Source of the DNA: Eledone cirrhosa | Taxonomy: Eukaryota | DNA length: 64,000 nt | Assembly (NCBI GenBank): GCA_964016885.1 | Contig: OZ024742.1 | Coordinates: 62,434,001 to 62,498,000, forward strand | Direction of reading: 5' to 3' | Notes under the pieces: generated by a model | Database searches by the model: none | What the model was told of the DNA's origin: nothing | Seen by the model: the letters and a program-made list of their open reading frames with translations, nothing else | Shown: in pieces, positions 52,855-64,000 of the stretch | Position numbering within the stretch: position 1 is the first letter of the stretch | Layout: each line of letters opens with the position of its first letter | Made by a program: the position numbers and the translations under genes

Positions 52855-53467
52855 ATTCAGTTCAAATCCCGCCGAGGTTAACTTTGCCTTTCATCCTTAC
52901 GGGGTCGATAAAATAAAGTACCAGTAATGCACTGGGTAATTACTGGCCTTGTGCCAAAAGTAGAAACAATTATTATTGGCAGTATCGGTAGAGGGTCGGA
53001 CACCATGCTTTGACGCATAGAGTTACGGCCCTTGCTATTCTGAGTTCAAATCCCGCCGAGGTTAACTTTGCCTTTCATCCTTACGGGGTCGATAAAATAA
53101 AGTACCAGTAATACACTGGGTAATTGCTGGCCTTGTGCCAAAAGTAGAAACAATTATTATTATTATCAGCCGAGGTTAACCTTGCCCTCCATCCCCACGG
53201 GGTCGATAAAACAAAGCACCAGTAATGCACTGGGCAATTGCTGGCCTTGTGCCAAAAGTAGCAACAATTATTATTATTATTATTATATTATACGGGGTCG
53301 ATAAAACAAAGCACTAGCAATGCACTGGGCAATTGCTGGCCTTGTGCCAAAAGTAGCAACAATTATTATTATTATATTATACGGGGTCGATAAAACAAAG
53401 CACTAGCAATGCACTGGGCAATTGCCGGCCCTGCGCCAAAAAGAATAGAAACAATTATTATTATTAT
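52855..53467 (+). mobile_element. Tandem array of five SINE copies separated by (TTA)n; copies 3-5 are 5'-truncated and T-to-C hypermutated
   Basis: Copies start at ~52855, 52978, 53167, 53291 and 53381; copy 2 keeps the tRNA-like head. Confidence 0.9.
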
Positions 53468-54399
53468 ATCATAGTTTAGATTTGACATCGTTTAAACTAA
53501 ACACTTTGAGAGAGTTTTAGAGGTACAGCAGCAATAATGTTTTTGGTGTTGTTGTTGTTGCTTCTGACCGGGTCACCAAATCAGTCTATTTATATCTTTT
53601 GATACCTTCCTCACTTAGTGGGACTACTAATATTCCTCTGTCTTAACAGGAGGTAGTGGGAGAGAATAGCGGCGGTAGCGATAATGATGCAGTGGTGGTG
53701 GTGGTGATGTGATAGTAGTACTGTAGTCATGGTGTTGAAGTAGCCGTTGGTTTGGCTAGATTGTTTGTGTGTGGTAGTGGTGATGGTGGTGGCGGCGGTG
53801 GTGGTGTTGGTGGTGAAATTATTTGCCTGTTGTTTGTAGCCATGTAGCCATTTTTCTTTTTTGACTATAACATTTCTGATCCAAAATTAAATATTAAATA
53901 TTGGGGCCCTATGCCATAATGTGATGCGTTGTCACTTCCTGAGAGTCAAAACTGTAATCTTATGTTCCTTTGTAATAAGAATTATTCTATCACAATTGTT
54001 TTAAATACGTAAAAATCAAAAACTTACAGGAGCGATTCCATAACACTCTATCCACCACTTTCAACCGTTCTAAACCTTTTATTCAAGTTTTAAATTTGAT
54101 AAAAGTTTAGAAGAAGTGACCCACCTAATACAGGGGTTCACTCGTAAATAATACGGCACCCCTTTACGGGGTGTTGTATTTGTGTAAAAATATTTTGTGT
54201 TATCCATGTTGAAAAAAAATTTCAACATGGATAACACAAGAAAGAGAGAGAGCGCTGTCAAACAACACAGAGAGAGGGAGACTTTATAAGCTTGTCAACA
54301 AGACAGCGTTTCAGCGGAGGTAAATATAAACGACAATATTACAAAGGAAAAGAGGATTGTTACAGATTTAAAATTACCAAATATTTCTAACACAAACAA

Positions 54400-57300
54400 C
54401 ACCAACAATAACACCAATAACAACAACAACAACAACACCATCAATAACAACAGCAACAACAAAAATAACAGCGGTAAAGTCGAGAAGGACAATAACAAAA
54501 ATAACAGCGGTAAGGTCGAGAACGACAATAACAATGACAATAACAACAGCCACAACAACAATAATAGTAGGAACAGTATCAACAAAAACAACAATAATAA
54601 CAACAGCCACAATAACAGTAACAACAGCAACAGTATCAACGAAAACAACAACAACAACTGTACCAAATAAAATACCAACACCAAGAACTCTTCCGACAAA
54701 CATAAGCATCATTGAAATCTCAATAGAACAGTACAAACCTTTAAAACAAAAATTCCCCAACGCAGTTGGAGACTTCAGAGGGTCGATTACCAAGAGGATA
54801 TACACTGACATCCTCTTTAAAACACCCATGACTAGCCAAAGGGACGGTTCTACTGTCCCTTCAGCACACGATCAAGGTAAGTGACCTTTCTCACTTACCC
54901 CGTTTCTTATCCAACATGGCCGTCCTCAGAATAGGCAGTATAAATGCACGTGGCCTGGGGTCATCTTGGAAGCAGGGTCACCTGCTCAACGACCTCAGGT
55001 CACTAAACGTAGATGTGGTGGCCATCAGCGAGACCAGAATCTCCGAAGTACAAGCCTTTGCACCGATCTTCGGCGGTAACGATGTATACGCATCTCCCAG
55101 CTGTCCCGAATCGGGGGAGGGGTTGCCATCCTTTTTCGGAGAGGCTTGGATCTCGCCATACGGGCCATCTTCCTAGACCCAGAAGGTAAGTCGGTGGTGC
55201 TGGACGTGACCAGCAGCAAAGGCAATGCTTTCAGGGTAGTAGCCATCTACGCCCCAACAGGAGCAGGACGGCCAGATTTCTTCAGACGTCTAGAGACCTT
55301 TCTTGGAACGTCCCGCTCTTTAGTGTTAGTGGGCGACTGGAACGGTATCTTGGATGCACGCTGGGATTGTGTGGAGCTAGTGGATAGGGGACGAGGGTGC
55401 AAGAGCCTCACCAACCTGCTCAGACGTTTTTAACTGTCTGACAGGTATCGACTGGATCACCCGAATGTGCCAATGTGAACATGGACAAACCGCATCGGGT
55501 CATCCAGATCGTATCTCGACAGGGTATTCTGCAGAGAACTAGATAAGGCTAGTATAAGTTGTCCACAATTTAAAATAGTCGACTATACAGAACACAAATT
55601 TGTGATCTGTGAGATCGACATAGACAGACTTCATAGACAACGGCCCGGTTGCTGGAAGCTGAACGCGTCTTTCCCGGCGCGCAAAGCCTACAGAGACCGG
55701 ATTAGCGTATTAGTTAGAGCGGACGTTGATGGGAGCGGTCGTTAACAACAGGTGGTGGTTCGCCCTGAAAAGGGCAATTAAAATAGAGTCGATTAGGTTT
55801 AGCAAAGGACTAGTGATAGTGGAAAATAGAGTAGAGGGAGAGCTAGTCACAAAGCTAGAAGAGGCGTTTAGGACAAGCATCGCAACCGACGTGCTTGCGG
55901 CGAGATTGGCACTCGACCAAATCTTCAACGCAAAACACGAAGGCTGCGTTGTCAGAGCTAGAGCGCGTGCTCTGAAACACGAGAGGACAAAAGCCGTCCA
56001 ATGGGCCCGGGTGGCAGAGGCGCGACGTGGCAACAAAGCCACAATTCGGTCTTTGTCTGACCAAAACGGGTGCGTGTTGCTCGAACCCGAGCAGATGTGT
56101 GAAGTTTTTCAGCAGCACTTTGCTGAACTGTTCGGGAGAAGCGGCGGCCCGGATCGGGGCATGGATTTCAGTGCATACCTCGATGGACTGCTTCGGCTCT
56201 CGACGACCGCAGCACAGTGTTGCGAAAAGCCAATAACAGCCAGTGAAAGCGATGGCTAACTGCACGAGGGGTGAATCGCCAGGTTTGGATGGTCTGCCCT
56301 ACGGGCTTTATGCCTTTATGCCAGACTTATTCGGTGACCTCTTGGCAGATGTCTACTGCAACTGGCAGCAGAACGGGAGCATTCCCAGTTTTGTGAGCCG
56401 GGGAGCGGTGGCGCTGCTGAGAAAAGACCCGAACAAGGGGGATGTTATCGATAATTTCAGTCCCATAACCTTGCTAAACGCAGAGTTCAAGATTTTGCCA
56501 AGGTGATAGCAACGAGGTTGGCGCTTGTCGTCAAGGGTCTGGTGGGAGAGGCGCAGACATGCGCCATTCGGTACAGATCCATACACGACTACCTCCAGCT
56601 CATGCGATACATCATAGAGAGGGTGGTTAAGGAACCTGGCACGGGTTGGGCCCTGATCAACTTGGATCAATCCAAAGAATTTGATAGGGTCGACCATCGG
56701 TACCTGGGGGCGGTCCTCAAGGCAGCCGGTTTCGGGCCAGTTTTCATGGGTTGGATCGCTGCGATGTACAGCGACATCTGCTCAGTTGTGAAGGTGAACG
56801 GTCACCTGTCGCAGCCGTTCAGCATCATGCGCTCAGTCCGCCAGGGTTCTTCCTCTCGTCCCTTTTGTACGTATTGGCTCTGGAGCCGTTAGTGCACAAA
56901 CTGGGGGTGATGAGGGACGTCCCACGCGAACTAGGATGCGGGAAATCCTAGTCGGCTTATGCCGACGACATCACCGTGGTGGTGTTGATCACCAGACACG
57001 TCCAGATAATCGGCACCGCTCTCAAGGAATACGAAGCAGTGCCAGGAGCAAAGATAAACCAGGAAAAGTCGGTGGGCTTGCAGCTCGGCACCTGGAGAGG
57101 CAAGTCCATGCCGTCCGACAGCGTCGTGGGGCGTTGGACGGACGGACCGGTTAAATTGCTCGGAGTCTGGTTCGGACCGGACCTCCAGATGGAGAAAAAC
57201 TGGAACGAGGTGACGAGCAAGGTAGCCTCTCTCACCCAGAAATGGGCCGAGAGGAAGCTGTCCCTGAAAGGCCGGGCAGAGGTGGCGAATGCGTACATCG

Positions 57301-58660
57301 CATCCGTAATCTGCTACTGCCTCACCGTCGTCCCTTGCCCCGGCCCAACTCTCACCAAAATGGAGCGCCTCCTCTTCCGCTTTTTGTGGAAGGGACGCGC
57401 TCCCATGGTCAGACGATCCATCTGCTGTCAACACCCGTTGCGTGGAGGACTGGGCATGACATGGCTGATGATGCGCAAACATGCGCTGAGGCTGCGATAT
57501 CTCTGGTGCTTCCTTGACGGTGAATAGGTGTGATCGCCGTTCGCTAGGCACGTTTTCCCACAGCTCGTCTCCTTGACGGAGCTGCAGTCCTGGGTCAGAA
57601 AAAGACCATGGGATAGCGCTTCGATACTGGAATGTCTCCAGACGCTCACTGCCCTCTCCCAGCTGGGCACCAGTATCGGTGGAACACTAGAGGACTAGTG
57701 GAGGGAAGAGAGACGACGTTCTCGGAGAGATCCTGGGCGTCGAAGAAGATCAGCTGTTTGCTCTCTTCCGGAGAACTTCCAGCCCAGGGCCTATGGATAA
57801 CTTCCAAAAATCCCTGGCCTGGCAGTGCTACCGGGGAGCGCTGCCGGTTCAAGATAAGTTCTACAGGCACGGAAGTGTCGTCAGCCGAGTGTCGTCAGCC
57901 GAGTGTCGTCAGCCGAGCCTGTCCGAGATGCACACAGAGCGACGAAACCGTCGTGCACGCACTCGTTCAGTGCCCGAGCATTGCTGACTTGTGGAGCAAT
58001 GTCGAACAGTTGCTGTCGCGTGTAGGACTGATCCGGTTATCGACTGAGTCCATTGTGCAGATGGTCTCGCCGTCTTCCTTTGAGGAGGAAGGGCGGGCGG
58101 TTTTTATCTGCCTGGTGGCCATGGCGAAAGAGATTGTGTGGTGAACAAGGTTGAAAGGGTTAAAGACAGACACTTTCCTCTTCGGTGAATCCCTAATTAA
58201 CTTTTTCAAGTTTCACTTCAAGAGGAAAATCAGGGTGGAGAGGCAAGTGCTGCTTTCTAGCAAGTTTGTTGAAAGGTGGGTGAATGTAGCGAGAATGGTC
58301 CGAGTGAACGAGACCGCTCTGAATATACGTCTGTAGTTTGAGAGATGGAAAAATTGAGAGAGGGCGCTTGACCTGGTGGTCAGGGTGGCTGTGGTCTTTT
58401 GTGTGGTTTTCGCCACGAGTAACCCTCGGAGGTTTCCCCCCTATTGGGGAATTTTTCATTGTTTCAATTTTCATTTTTATTGTTTATATATATATATATG
58501 TTTCTATGTCTTTTTTTCTTTTCTTATATAAATAATAAAAATATTTACACGCACAAAACCCACATCGTACCGTCCTGTACCGTCCTGTGCCGTCTGTAAT
58601 GTTTTTCTTGATGTCATCCCTTGTGGCCAATAAAGAAATCATTATTATTATTATTATTAT
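54400..58660 (+). mobile_element. L1/Tx1-type LINE: Thr-rich probable ORF1 end, decayed ORF2 (APE, RT, C-terminal zinc knuckle), 3' UTR with (ATT)n tail
   Basis: SINARGL..ISETR, IYAP, GDWN, SYLDRV, WKLN, SPGLDGLP, LDQSKEFDRVDH, VRQG, YADD, KLLGVWFG, CPRC..ETVVHALVQC. Confidence 0.9.
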
Positions 58661-59060
58661 TTCATTTGAAAAGAAAAATCAGGGTAGAGAGGGAAGTGCT
58701 CTCTTCCCAGCATTTTGTTGAAAGATGGGTGAGAGAGGCAAAAATGGCCCGAGTGAATGGGCCTACTCTGAGTATGTGTCTGTAAATTAAAAGGTGGAAA
58801 ACTAGGAGAGGGCACTTGCCTTGGTGGTCAGGGTCACTGTGGCTTTTTAATGGGCTTTCTCCACGAATGTCCCTCGGAAGTCTCCCCCCTATTGGGGAAT
58901 TTTTTCATTGTTCTATTATTATATCCTCTGTTTCTTGTTTTTTTTTACACGCAGAAATGCCCTTTTGTACCGTCCTGTATTGTCCTGTACTGTCCTTAAT
59001 GTCTACTTTGTGTAAACCCTTGTGGTTAATAAAGAAAGCATTATTATTACTATTATTATT
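58661..59060 (+). mobile_element. Second, diverged 3' end of the Tx1-type LINE
   Basis: Homologous to ~58210-58660; ends aataaagaaagc(att)n. Confidence 0.85.
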
Positions 59061-60862
59061 GTTCTTTGAGTCTCAGTCATTGATGTTAGTTAATTGGAAA
59101 GTTTGTTGAAATGAATATCAAGCCACTACCTGCAGCCTCAGATATTCAGCACGTATCGGAGGGTTCTTGCTGTTCCCAGCAAGCATGCCTTTTGAAGTGT
59201 TCCAAAAAGCGGGGTGGGGCCAATTTTCTTTAACCATCCCTGGAAACTTTTTGAGATAGTACCTAGTGCGCCTATGACAATCGGGACCACTTTGACTTCA
59301 TGACAGTTCCGAATCCTTTTTACCTCCCACTTTAAGTCCTGGTATCGGTTAATTTTCTCCCTCTCCTTCTCTTACACTCTCGTGTCGAATGGGCAGGGCA
59401 CATCCACAATCAGGCACGATCTTTTTTCCTTGTCCAAAACCACCAGGTCAGGTCTATTGTGTTCCAGTTTCTTGTCCGTCTGTATCCTAAAATCCCACAG
59501 CACCTTCACCTGATCATTTTCTATCATCGACTCTGGCTTATGCTCATCCCACTTCTGAGAATGTGGTAAATTGTTTACTTTGCATAGATGCTAGTGGATC
59601 ACCCTGCCTATCACATCATGTCTCCAGCCTTTATAGTGAGTCTGGGCTAGGTGTTTACACTCGGATACAATGTGAGCCACATCTCTCTCTCACCACAGAT
59701 CCTGCACAGTGGGCTAGCCTCCTCCTTGTAAATATGGTGTTTCAGCCACTTCGTTTTGAGGGCCTGCTCTTGTGCAGCCATTAGCATTCCTTCTGTAGCC
59801 TTTTTAAGGTCTCCTCTTTTCAACCAGTTCCATGTCTGTGGATCTCTGAATTCAGTTTTCTCAAAAAAGGTACTATGAAGCGATTTTTCATGAAGGCTAC
59901 TCTTTCTCCTTGTTGTTATTTCCTCTTTGGACATCCCCTGGTCTATTGTCCTCTCCTTCAGTACAATTCTGAGCATTGGCTCCTTGCTATCAGTCACGTA
60001 TTTGTGTAGGTTGTTTTTCTCCATCTGAATACAGTCCTCTATGCTGATAAGACCTCTTCCACCTTCAGATCTCTTTAAGTAGAATCTATCGACATCACTC
60101 CACTTGTGGAACATGTTGTAGATAGTCAATAGCTTCCTAGTCTTCCTAACCATTTCTTTTTGTTCAGCAACATTTCATTTCAGATTTCCCGCACTGTACC
60201 TAATAATAGACACAGCTCGGGAATTTACTGCACTTATGACATTCCTACTATTTAGATGTGATTTTAATACGCTCCTTACTCTCCTAATGTACTCAGTTAT
60301 TATCAATTCCTTCATTTTTTTGTTCTTGATGTCATCTGCTTCCAGAACACCTAAATATTTGTATCCTTCTTCAGTGTCAATTTCCTTTATCATCTCACCT
60401 GTTGGTACCTGGATTCCGTTGCTTCTGCTCAATTTACCCCTCTTCATCACTAGGACTCCACACTTATTAATACCAAATTCCATACATATAACCATTGCTG
60501 AAAATACGGATAGTGTCAACAAGTACATCGAACTCCTTGTCACTCTTCCCAAAGAGTTTAAGATCGTCCATGAAGAGGAGGTGGTTGATGGTAAGCTCTC
60601 CTTTTCCCAACTTGTATCCTGCTCTCACTTTTCGCAGTATAACGGTCAGGCAAGGACAAACAGCAGAGGGGACAAACTATCTCCCTGGAAGATACCTCTC
60701 TTGATCTTCACGCCTCCCAAGGATTCTCCACCCGATGTTAACTCTGTTTCCCAGGACTTCATACTTTTGCCCGGCAACTGTCTGATGTTATCTGCCACCT
60801 TGAAGATCTCTAGGCTTTTGGTTATGCAAGAATGTGGTACCATGTCGAATGCCTTTTTGTAT
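59040..60862 (-). mobile_element. R4/Dong-type LINE, 3' part (RT to RLE), flanked by (TAA)n
   Basis: AFDMVPHS, QGDSLSPLLF, HLLFMDDLKL, YKYLG, GGRGLI, AAQEQAL, CRIC, HNRPDLV; TAA repeats at both ends. Confidence 0.9.
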
Positions 60863-60874
60863 TATTATTATTTT

Positions 60875-63025
60875 TTAATTTTCTTTCATTGTGTCTGAGA
60901 TATATGCCGAGTGTCTTCTTGACACCTAGGGCAAATAAATTCACAGTGTGCATTGGTAAGCCAGTTAATACAGTACATTGATTATAATACAAAAAAAAAC
61001 AAAAAAAAAACAGTATACATATATACACATGTGCATATGCATATGTAAATACAAGGAGGGATATCAATCTTACAGTGATACTACTCTTCTCAATACGTGT
61101 GCAGTACCAGTCAAAACAATTTTTTGCACCTCATGCAGAGAGGGTAAACCAGGAATCATTCGCAAATATTGTTCTGTTCCTTTCTTGATCATTCCCAGTC
61201 CTCCCACAATCACTGGTATTGTAACGGCCTTGAGGTGCCACATTTTCTCAGTTTCAATAAGCAGATCTTTATATTTTCATAGCTTGTCAAATTCTTTTGC
61301 CGCGATATTGTGATCACATGGAATGCTCATATCTATCAATATACAGACCTTGTTATGTTGATCTTTTACAATGATGTCAGGTCTATTTTCTTTTATGGTC
61401 CTGTCAGTATGTACAGGAAAGTCCCAGAGAATTGTTACTTTTTCTCCTTCAGTTACAGCCTCAGGGTGATGATTATACCACTTGTCTTCAGCTTTGATTT
61501 TGTAATGCCGACATATTACCCGGTGTAGATATTGGCCAACTCTGTCATGTCTATATTTGTATTCTACTGGTGCTAAAACTTTACATCCAGAGACTAAGTG
61601 ATCCACTGTTTCAACCTCAGCATTGCAGAATCGTTTCACATCACATTGGCCTGGTAAGGAGTCAATAAGCTTTGATCTTGGGCAGCTAAGATGAAGCCTT
61701 CACTCTCCGCCTTTAGCCCTGAACTACGTAGCCACTCATGGGTGTGCTTTTGGTCAACATCAGCTTGTTTGCTACGGGCCACATATTTGACATTCAGAGG
61801 TTTCTGCTCCCAATTTGATGCTAATTGTCCTTGCCCTTTTGCTTTTGCCAGTGATTTTATGTGCCTAGCAACATCAGTTGCAACAGTTTCTTTAGTCTGT
61901 CCAGCCTGGGTATCAAGCATGAGATCAGTAGTATATGTTTTGCTCTCATTCAAGATAGAATGAAGCTTCTTACTTCTCTCATGCTTTTCAACAAGTTTCA
62001 GCATACAGTCGTTAGTTGTTTCAAAGTATTTGGCCAGTCCAATGATGGTGGTCTTGTAAGCAAGTTCAAATTAGATCAAGCCATGGCCTCCTTGAGTTCT
62101 AGGAAGGTAAAGACGATCCACATCTGCTTTTGGGTGGTGCATCCTATTACAGGTCAGTAGCTTACGGACTTTGGTGTCGATTCTTTTGATTTCACTCATA
62201 TTCCAGTTCAACACACCGAAGCTATAAACGACAACTGGGATTGCCAAGGAATTTATGACGAGCACCTTGTTACGAGCGTTTAGTTTTGATATCAGAACTA
62301 CACATACTCTCCTGTAACATTCTTTCCTTATCTTCTCTTTCATACTTGCATGCTGTATGCCAGAGCCCTCACTAATCCTTAAGTATTTATAGGTTTGTTC
62401 CTGTTCAAGTTCCTTTATGATTGTTTCAGCATCCAATTCAACTGAGTCTGAGTTGACAAGCTTCCCCTTCTTGAAAGTGGCTTTTACACACTTGTCAAGC
62501 CTAAATTCCATCCTGATGTCATCGCTAAACGTTTTTACTGTCCGCAAAAGGCCTTCCAGTTCGTCATTATCTTTGCAATATAACTTCAAATCATCCATAT
62601 AAAATAGGTGGCTTATTTTGTTGTCAATTCTATAACCGTACCCTGTTCTATTAAGTTTGGATGTAAGGGGTACTAAAGCTATGCAGAAAAGCAAGGGTGA
62701 AAGTGAGTCACCCTGGAATATGCCACAGTTGATGTTTATATTCCTAGAGCACAGTACCTCTGTGGAATGAGACAATTGGAGATTTGTGTTCCATAATGAC
62801 GTATTGTGTTTCAGGAAGTTTGAGATCACAGGTGAGATTTTGAAGATGTCCAGTGATTTCAGAATCCATGAGTGTGGTATGTTGTCAAAGGCTTTTTTAT
62901 AATCAATCCATGCAGAACTGAGATTTCTGTGTTTATTATGAGTTATCAAGGATCATACGATTAATCAAAACTTGATCTTTGCAACCATATGAACCTCGAC
63001 GGCACCCTTTTTGTTCAATGGGGAA
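60875..63025 (-). mobile_element. Second R4/Dong-type family LINE, 5'-truncated, head-to-tail with the previous element
   Basis: ORFs 62071..62949 (WIDYKKAFD, QGDSLSP, YMDDLKL), 61636..62004 (AAQDQSL) and 61277..61639 (HLVSGC..RHD..NRPDI..LIDMSIP). Confidence 0.9.
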
Positions 63026-64000
63026 AAGATTGTTCTCCAAAAACGCGTATGCTTTTTCCATGAGAATATATATATTTATATATACATATATATATATATA
63101 TGTATATATGTGTGTGTATATGTATGTATACGTATATATGTATGTATGTGTACGTATGTATGTGTGTGTGTATGTATGTGTTTACGTTTATAGTTATGTG
63201 TATGCGGTTGTATATAGGCCTTTGTTTTTTGTCTGTATAGTCTTACGTATGGTTTTGTCTGCGTGTGTTCTTTACGTGCGAGTGCTTGCACGCATGTGGT
63301 TATGTTTGTACGCTCTTTTTGTAGGGTTTATGTGTGCGTTAGTATATTTGGTTGTATGCTTAATTTCATACGTGTGTATGCGTGTGTATGTGTATGTGTA
63401 TATGTATTTTTGCACGCTTGTGTATGTATGTTTATTTTATCTATATATATATAAAACCGAGGATGTCTGTCTGTGTGTGTGTGAGTTTGAATCCCTAAAG
63501 CTAAAGAACCACCCAACCGACTGTTTTCAAACTTTACACATGTAATACTTATGTTTCAGGGAGTGTTCTGAGCAAACAAAATTTCAAATTTTCAATGAAT
63601 TAGGCGATTTAGCGATCTCTCTCTATAATTCTTAGTCTTTCTCTTTTTAGATAGATACATACATATAACGTTGCGCCCTTATAATATCTGTCTGTATGTC
63701 TGGTTGTCTGCATTACGTCACTTCCTATAATTTCCTCAGCGTCCAGAACACGCCCTTATAATATCTGTCTGTATGTTTAGCTGTCTGCTGCCTCCGGCTA
63801 TTCTGCCACCCTTGCTCAAGACAAATATCACATTCATTCCCCAAACAGTTGGTAAGTGCACACAACATCTACCTCGCGTTTTAAGCCACAGTGTTGCTTA
63901 CTTACATACCACCAGAATCTTACTTCTTTGCCAGCCGTGGTTGTGGCAATACTAAGCTTAGCTAAGGCGGTTGTATATTTCACAATACATTATCCCGTGC

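Noticed and set aside
52978-53055. tRNA gene (also 31662-31735)
   Set aside because: A/B-box-like motifs lead directly into SINE bodies and no full cloverleaf is evident.
52855-53467. CRISPR-like repeat array
   Set aside because: The units are SINE bodies with (TTA)n tails; there are no unique spacers and no cas genes, and the context is eukaryotic.
54534-54884. Mucin-like host exon with a gtaagt donor
   Set aside because: It stops 31 nt before the Tx1 ORF2 ATG on the same strand, so it is more simply the low-complexity end of ORF1; not listed as a host exon.

Overview
Repeat-dominated animal genomic DNA, very probably a cephalopod (octopus-like). This is inferred from the tRNA/CORE-type SINE family, the RTE, Dong-R4 and Penelope content, and long (TA)n/(CA)n tracts. 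Most of the window is nested, decayed retroelements: CR1-like, RTE, R4/Dong-type, CRE-like, Tx1/L1, Gypsy and several Penelope-like elements (PLEs), plus mariner, hAT and piggyBac MITEs and Helitron-like pieces. One host gene is visible as three phase-compatible minus-strand exons (34626-34293, 32543-32374, 28958-28801) encoding a secreted PAN/Apple-type protein; its 3' exons were not found. The most interesting structure is non-coding: about a dozen type I hammerhead ribozyme (HHR) motifs from several families. One is a ~320-nt tandem, non-coding, (TA)n-inserted repeat family that looks like a non-LTR retrozyme (circular-RNA-forming), with one subfamily carrying a compensated U3-A8 catalytic core. 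A tandem SINE array at 53.2-53.5 kb shows strongly biased T-to-C hypermutation. All calls are by-eye sequence reading; no searches or folding programs were run, and element boundaries are approximate.
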